Positions 59,101 to 64,000 of a stretch of 64,000 nucleotides of DNA are shown here, in pieces; the stretch's first letter is position 1, and every line of letters begins with the position of its first letter. Position numbers and translations under genes: made by a program. Origin of the DNA: Laetmonice hystrix (Eukaryota); assembly GCA_965235115.1 (NCBI GenBank), contig OZ249443.1:22692001-22756000 (forward strand), written 5' to 3'. Under the pieces are notes generated by a model. The model was not told the DNA's origin. It saw only the letters and a program-made list of their open reading frames with translations, and made no database searches.

Positions 59101-60504
59101 ATACCCAAGGACGTCCTAGACGAAACTCGCACCCCGTTCGTTACCATCCCAGACTCGGCGTCTGACGCTAACTGGCGCCAACCGACGCTTCCCATCACGT
59201 ACTCACACCACAAGTACGGGCTCGGATGGCGGATAGGTCTCTATAGAGGTAATGAAAGGCGTCATTAAAAAAATAATATGTGAAGTCTTAAAGTGTAGCT
59301 CTAATGGGGGGGGGGATGTAGCATAGGAACTGACGTCTATAAATAGCACGACCGTTAGGATGGAGAGCCTATCGCACAGTGCTGAAGGACGAGACTGTCG
59401 CCTTAAAAATAGATTTAGGAAACATATCGAGACTTTGCTAATATAATATTTTCAAAGTTGTTGTGTTCAATTTTTTTTAGATTGGATCATAAACATAAAA
59501 TACAAGATTTCTATGAGATCAATGGATTGGGGTAGCTTACACTGATGTGCAATATTCCCTGCAATTTCCATTTTAAAATATATGGCTCTCTGCAACGTTG
59601 GTTTATAACCTACTGTGCCCTATATCATAATCCTTGAAAGTGGCTTCTATTCTTTCAACTCTAACTTGTATGGACATTTAAACCAAAAACTAACAACCAA
59701 AATAAAGTGTGTGTAGATTATATTAGAAACGTTTTTTCTCCCCCACCCCGTCGCCCTGGTCTAGGTTCGCGCCAGATCCTCCACACGGGATCAAGCTGGG
59801 GTTACGGCGCCCTGCTCACCCTCCGACCAGACGACGAGCTCGCCATCCACATCGGCATCGTCGGCCTCGACGACGGCTACATCGGCCGACGTCTCATTCA
59901 CATCTACATCATGGACCTACTGCTCAGCTACGATCCTTGGATCAACACCACGACAGCCTGCACCTTCCCAGAGCCATGGGGGCCTGCCCCAAGGACCCGG
60001 AAATACCCCGGCTATTTTTCCAAGATCGTTCGCGATCGTAACGTACCGCCTTCTCTGCCTTTATCCGAATACGAAGGCACGTATGGGAATTTCGGATACG
60101 GAAATATAAGCGTGGTGGCTAACTCTACGGAGGGGACGTTAGACATGACATATGGGGAGTTAGGGCGCTGGCACCTGCACTGCAAGAGGGCCAACGATTT
60201 CGCCGGGGAAGGATACGGCGACGTGTGGCCCCGGGAGTTGAGGAGCGTTCACTTCCGCAACAGCAAGGGGGCTTCCGACAGCGTCGACGAGGTGGTGGTG
60301 TCTTTCGAGGTTAGATTGCCTCCAGTTTTTAAGAGAAATCTCATGATGAGCGAGGCACCGCCCCCTCCGGACCCAAACGACTGTGGCTCGCCGACGAAGC
60401 CGCCTTTAGCTGGGAGTGCAAGGCCACAGCACGTTTACAACGAATGGACAGTTGTGGTTCTAGCGGCAATTCTTTGTGTCACCAGACGATGCCAAATACA
60501 TTAA
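32376..60504 (+). CDS. Serine beta-lactamase/DD-peptidase-like protein (SxxK superfamily) with DUF3471-like region, signal-like N-terminus and GPI-signal-like C-terminus; join(32376-32773,46492-46662,56112-56252,58468-58587,58989-59248,59765-60504), 1830 nt, 609 aa
   Basis: Motifs F.LASVTK (S115/K118), F.DTPV, RDL.AHRTG, F.YNN (Y207), PLGM, GS..TT.DD.A.WL, YGLGW, HTG (H370) and LSEYEGTYGNFGYG appear in canonical order. All introns are GT-AG; phases 2,2,2,2,1 are consistent. Confidence 0.92.
34567..35103. mobile_element. Kolobok-type MITE in intron 1
   Basis: TIR AGG(A/T)AATATGTCACG; flanks TTGA (left) and TTAA (right). Confidence 0.65.
36029..36113 (-). mobile_element. SINE 3' end with (ACTC)n tail
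   Basis: The minus strand ends ...ACGGCGTAAACCCACC followed by (ACTC)n. Confidence 0.5.
40696..40895. mobile_element. hAT-type MITE
   Basis: Imperfect 16-bp TIR CAGCGGCGGCATCAAG / CAGTGGACGCACCAAG; 8-bp TSD ATT(A/G)GGAA. Confidence 0.75.
41268..41750. mobile_element. Tc1/mariner-type MITE with nested insertions
   Basis: TIR CA(G/A)TGATC(G/T)GGAAAAACCTAG(C/T)AAGTC; TA on both sides. About 265 extra bp relative to the copy at 54119, including a hAT-like piece and a SINE tail. Confidence 0.8.
45069..45085 (-). promoter_or_regulatory. Strong CTCF-like motif
   Basis: The reverse complement CCCACCAGGTGGCGCTG matches the consensus core. Confidence 0.6.
45429..45831. mobile_element. hAT-type MITE
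   Basis: Perfect 8-bp TSD TCTGTTGC (45421-45428, 45832-45839); imperfect TIR CA...GCGCC.GAAGC. Confidence 0.85.
46124..46393. mobile_element. Palindromic MITE rich in AGGTCA/TGACCT
   Basis: 21-bp TIR TGTTAATAGC.GG.A.CCATG (3 mismatches); inner inverted arms carry TCAAGGTCA. Confidence 0.7.
46492..46662 (+). CDS. Beta-lactamase-like gene exon 2
   Basis: LTFDTPVRDVLGEDF...RDLCAHRTGVP...ELLA; acceptor TTTTTTAAG, donor AG|GTAAGG. Confidence 0.92.
47088..47204. repeat. (GA)n microsatellite
   Basis: GA/GGA runs. Confidence 0.9.
47674..47886. other. Assembly gap (213 N) in intron 2
   Basis: Run of N. Confidence 1.
49924..50045 (-). mobile_element. 5'-truncated SINE with a 9-bp TSD
   Basis: GGTTTCCTCCGGGTACTCCGGTTTCCTC conserved SINE core on the minus strand; 3' GGCGTAAAACC plus (ACCC)n tail; CCGTGTGTG at 49915-49923 and 50046-50054. 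Confidence 0.75.
51691..51895. mobile_element. MITE-like element with a central CCCTA(A/T)-type repeat
   Basis: CCCATGATAACTT...CCACGA is inverted at both ends; the middle is degenerate CCCTAA/CCCTAT. Preceded by (CAC)n at about 51625-51690. Confidence 0.6.
53244..53614. mobile_element. Probable Kolobok-type MITE
   Basis: TTAA at 53240-53243 and 53615-53618; short AGGAAT inverted ends. Confidence 0.45.
54119..54313. mobile_element. Second, insertion-free copy of the 41268 MITE family
   Basis: Near-identical blocks CCTAGCAAGTCCACTTTGCCTC...CTGCAAACGCTAG and AGTTCTGATCACTTGTATAGGAC...GGACAAAAA are contiguous here. Confidence 0.85.
54470..54545. mobile_element. Palindromic element with inverted CCAAT pair
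   Basis: AACGCTTCTGATTGG...CCAATCAGAAGCGTT hairpin. Confidence 0.6.
55161..55430 (-). mobile_element. Truncated, oppositely oriented copy of the 31050 MITE, lacking its central segment
   Basis: TTAA then AGGGATGG...; sequence colinear with the reverse complement of the 31050-31892 arms. Confidence 0.85.
56112..56252 (+). CDS. Beta-lactamase-like gene exon 3 (YxN motif)
   Basis: KMRFLEPTGQFRSSFIYNNLMYGL...RIF; acceptor TTTGACAG, donor AT|GTAAGT. Confidence 0.92.
56455..56938. mobile_element. Mariner-type MITE with an internal hairpin (intron 3)
   Basis: TIR CAGGGCGTCTCAGAAAAAA; TA TSD; additional ~85-bp internal inverted arms at about 56670-56865. Confidence 0.9.
58171..58267. mobile_element. 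Loop-less palindrome (two fused mariner-like TIRs)
   Basis: ATCGGGTGGGC...CTTTTCTTG.CTAGG|CCTAG.CAAGAAAAG...GCCCACCCGAT; few mismatches, centre AGGCCT. Confidence 0.8.
58468..58587 (+). CDS. Beta-lactamase-like gene exon 4
   Basis: PLGMTDTSF...CRPVSGRLH; acceptor TTTTCAACCTAG, donor AG|GTAGGA. Confidence 0.9.
58989..59248 (+). CDS. Beta-lactamase-like gene exon 5
   Basis: LWGALGGSGSILTTSDDIAQWL...KYGLGWRIGLYR; acceptor TTTCCTCCAG, donor AG|GTAATG. Confidence 0.92.
59765..60504 (+). CDS. Beta-lactamase-like gene exon 6 (HTG, DUF3471-like, hydrophobic tail)
   Basis: SRQILHTGSSWGYG...CTFPEPW...LSEYEGTYGNFGYG...WTVVVLAAILCV...QIH; TAA at 60502-60504. Confidence 0.92.
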
Positions 60505-60788
60505 TTAATACCAGTGCCAGCTCCTGAAGCCATTAAATTCAACCAGAACATGATTCTATACTTAGCATAATTAATAATGCGTACTTTCATATGTGTATAT
60601 ATTGTAGAAAGGATGAGGTGTGAGCGTTTCAAAACATTGCTTGTATCATCAAACATTATGCCATGATAACAGTTACATTATTAAAGCCTAATAGCGACTG
60701 GGTTCAAATATTGCAACATTTTTTCGAGTTAGAATCGACAGCAGTGTGCTATGTGAATATGGCATGAGGGCGGGAGGTAGCCATAGTG

Positions 60789-60991
60789 CTGAACCCACCA
60801 AGGCGATTCCCCTTGCGACGCCCATGCGGTTTTGTCATCACCCTTTTATTTTACTGTAATTTTGAGATTAAAGGGTGGAACCCATTTCCTGAAACGGAGA
60901 AGGCCAGCTAGGAAAAAATTCAGAGTGAAATTCCACCATTAAATCAAAAACCGCATGGCCGTCGCAAGGGGAATCGCCTTGGTGGGTTCAG
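60789..60991. mobile_element. MITE with ~45-bp TIRs just downstream of the stop codon
   Basis: CTGAACCCACCAAGGCGATTCCCCTTGCGACG.CCATGCGGTTTT is inverted at both ends. Confidence 0.85.
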
Positions 60992-61317
60992 GCTGTTATA
61001 TATGTCCTCGGCTACGCCTCAGGCATATTATCACGTCATATTACACCATTTCGCCGCCATGCAATATCCACTATGTGAGGGGATACGAGATGTTTTCGGG
61101 TGTGTGTACAGACCTGTAGAATATAGACCTATGTATGATGTCCTTCCCGAATAAATGTGACACCTTTTGAATTCTGTATAGGGGGGGGGGGGGCTAATGC
61201 CGATAGAAACGTTTCATGGAGTGGGGCTAGGGAGCCGAAGTGGGAACTATTTGAGGTCACATTAATTGTGAGGTCTTCCACTTCATAGAAATTAGTCCCA
61301 CTTCATAAGGCCAATGT

Positions 61318-61500
61318 CCACTAAGGCGATGGTCCTTGCGACGGCCATACTATTTTTGTTTTAATCCTGGAATTTCACTCTGTGATTCTTCCTGGATGGT
61401 CTTCCTTGTTTCTGGAAATGGCTTCCATCCTCTCAAAATCACAGTAAAAAAAGGTGATGTCAAAATCGCATGGACGTCGCATGGGCATTCGCCTATGTGG
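61318..61500. mobile_element. Diverged inverted copy of the 60789 MITE
   Basis: CCACTAAGGCGATGGTCCTTGCGACGGCCAT end; internal AATTTCACTCTG and AAAGGTGATGTCAAAATCGCATGG match the reverse complement of the first copy. Confidence 0.7.
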
Positions 61501-61870
61501 ACATGCATTGAGGGCTGTGTTTCCAACAAGGTTTTAATTCCATGAATGCGTCAAGTGATTCTTCTGGTGAAGACTTTTCATATGCTTTACTGAAATAATT
61601 GTAAGCCAAGTCAGATGTCATATTCTTTATTTCTTTGCCTTTCTTGCTCCAGTTAGCTTCCTTCATCAACCGTAGGCTGACTATCACCGCATCTATAATA
61701 TTAATGGTATATGTCATTTGTTTTGTAAATACAGTGTTTGCAAAAAGACAAACCTTGTGAACTGCAGTCAAAGTCAGGGTTGAGAGGTTTCTTACGAGTG
61801 GTAGAATGCTGACCAATTACTACTAACAAAACATCTACATGGACACATCTGAGACAGTGGTGTTGTCAAC
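61493..61870 (-). pseudogene. Candidate two-exon coding remnant of an unidentified gene or transposon
   Basis: A 61-bp GT-AG intron (61693-61753) joins ...RKKPLNPDFDCSSQ in frame to DAVIVSLRLMKEANW...ELKPCWKH. Family not recognised. Confidence 0.3.
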
Positions 61871-62613
61871 CTTTCATGAATATCGGTACAAGTCCAAGTT
61901 ATAACCTTCCAAGATTGCACCTTCCAGAAATGAGAATAATTAGCAGCGAAGAGAAGCGGGGTATAATATAGGGCAAGTCAATGGAAAATACGAGAGCGGA
62001 AAATAGAGGAATTTAGAAAGGTCCATTGACCCTGCCCCCTTCAACGCCCCCTGGATCCGCCCGGGTGCACACAGACATTAGCCAGACTCTAATAATATAG
62101 CAACGATTCACAATATTCCTATATACATTGATAATAGATGACAATTTGGTTTGTGACTTTGTTAATCCATTATCTACAGTTCTCGTGCACTTCCGTCCTA
62201 GTCAGAGAAATTCTAGGTCAAGCCGTTTCAATGTAGACTTGTTGAACAAAAGACACTCAACGAATGACAATTGGTTATAACCTTGCCGTTTGGAATGGCA
62301 GATAGGGGTAGCAAAAAATGATAACGACAATAGCCACTGAAACGGAACTGTATGTGTCTAGAGTCCGTTGCAAACATGACAAATTGGATAGTCATTCCAT
62401 CTTGCACCAAAAGAAAGTATTTTCCCGAATATATTAGTTTCCTGTGTCTAGTACCATAAAGAGTATTAAGAAAGGCTTCAGACTAATTACAATGCGAAAT
62501 TCAATTTACCTTATATACTTCTTATATGTAGCAAAACTTGGCGGACCCAGGTATATGAGATAATACAATGTACTCTAACAGTATCGATAAATATTTACTG
62601 GTACTAACAACAG

Positions 62614-62629
62614 CTCACTAGATGGCGCA
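62614..62629 (+). promoter_or_regulatory. CTCF-like motif
   Basis: CTCACTAGATGGCGCA. Confidence 0.45.
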
Positions 62630-63640
62630 TGTGTACCTAGGTCGGGACACCACCACCAGTTGGTCTAAAATACAATGAGTGTTCACTAGGTTGACGGAGA
62701 CTTTACGCGTCCCGAAATCTGTATAGAGAAAGGGTTTGATAAACATTATACTAATGTTGAATATTATCGATTATAGAAGGGCAGTTTTATGCCTGGATTG
62801 TTACATTGACTATCACTGATGTCCGCTTAAAGAATAAAAGGCATCATGTTTTACATTGATTTGCGTATGACGTGTTGAGGGTTCAGGGTACAGAGAACAG
62901 GGGTGTTTGTGTGAGGGTGGGTGGCTGTGTGTGTGAGGTGGGGGGCGGGGTAGGGGGGCAAAGGGTGAGGATACGAGGGGGGCTGGAGCAGTGAAAATTT
63001 GGTATTTCCAAATTGCCCTCCGACCCCCTTATTCATGACCGTTGCATGTTAAAGGAAATATCCCACGGATTTCAGGTTATAGCTGGTGTTTCATCAAAAG
63101 ATATGACTGCATTGCGGTTCTCCGATATGATCCAACGCTACCCTACATTTCTATGTGGACTTGGCGGGTATTAGGCCTATGTAAAATTAATTCTTAAAGT
63201 CGCCAAATCTTATTTCAGTCACTGAAAATGACCTACTTGGCTTCCAAGCTCCTGGGACCTGTTTTTCATATTCCTACGCACACGACTATGCAAATTATGG
63301 TTTGTGCAAATTAGGTCTTCTACCAGTATTTCCAATATAAATTTGTTACTAGTGAAAATAGATTGCCCCTAAATCCCAAAACTGAGGGTATAACAAGTAC
63401 AAGATGAAATATTAGGAACTAGGCCTACATTTGCGAAGGGAAATCAGCTAGTCTCAGCAAAATCGAGCAGCCACGATTCGAGCTGGGCAATGTTCGGCTG
63501 TTCCGGTCGGGGATTTCTAGGTCAGGTCAGGGGTCACTCAAACGGATCACTGTATGCTCCTCCAACCGATAAAGGGGGAACTCGAATGACGTGCGCAAGG
63601 TTACCCCTATTTTACTCGGTGTAACAAAGTGACTCTTTTC

Positions 63641-63680
63641 ACCGCTAGAGGGCTTAAATATAAGAGCCACTAGGGGGCTC
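63641..63680 (+). promoter_or_regulatory. Tandem CTCF-like motifs
   Basis: ACCGCTAGAGGGC (63641) and GAGCCACTAGGGGGCTC (63664). Confidence 0.45.
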
Positions 63681-64000
63681 TGATGGTATTAGTATGATCT
63701 CATAGGTATAAGAGATAAGATCAGATAAGAGACATGTTTATTTGCAACCATAACAGCACAGTTGAATTTCACACAATATAAGACGCTCCAAAATAAATAG
63801 TAGAATTGGTTAAAACACAATTTAAAAAACACGCTAGATTATACAATTAAAACATATGTGTTAATATTATGATTGGTAATTAATAATAATAATTAATAAA
63901 CGACTTTTTATACCTGTCAGTTCTGGCCATTATAAGTGGATACGTATTACTTGCACGAAGAGAGTATAATGGTACTTCTCTGACTGCAGGTAAGAGATGG

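Noticed and set aside
32376-60504. Bacterial contamination or recent transfer of a resistance gene
   Set aside because: Five spliceosomal introns filled with host repeats, N-glycosylation sequons and eukaryotic targeting signals show a long-resident nuclear gene.
1-64000. tRNA, rRNA, snRNA genes or hammerhead ribozymes
   Set aside because: By eye I found no cloverleaf with A/B boxes, rRNA-like block or CUGANGA...GAAA core. An Infernal/tRNAscan-SE run would be needed to exclude them formally.

Overview
Animal (invertebrate bilaterian) genomic DNA with spliceosomal introns, CTCF-like motifs and dense MITE, SINE and LINE debris. The SINE tails and TGACCTTGA-rich MITEs resemble those of marine lophotrochozoans such as molluscs, but that is inference only. 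I could reconstruct two divergently oriented genes with GT-AG boundaries and consistent intron phases. (1) JMJD4 on the minus strand: 8 coding exons, 19367-24248, 481 aa, intact HxD...H triad, plus an unusual Cys-rich insertion with CxxCxxCxxxC spacing in the last exon. (2) A serine beta-lactamase/DD-peptidase-like gene on the plus strand: 6 exons, 32376-60504, 609 aa, with SVTK/YNN/HTG motifs, a signal-like N-terminus, a DUF3471-like region and a GPI-signal-like C-terminus. The rest is a 5'-truncated CR1/L2-type LINE with its target-site duplication (TSD), L1/Tx1 remnants, many MITEs with verifiable terminal inverted repeats (TIRs) and TSDs (TTAA, TTA, TA, 8 bp), several minisatellites, microsatellites and a 213-bp assembly gap. 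I saw no CRISPR, rRNA or tRNA gene. Most entries in the ORF track are spurious or repeat-derived. All counts and alignments were done by eye.
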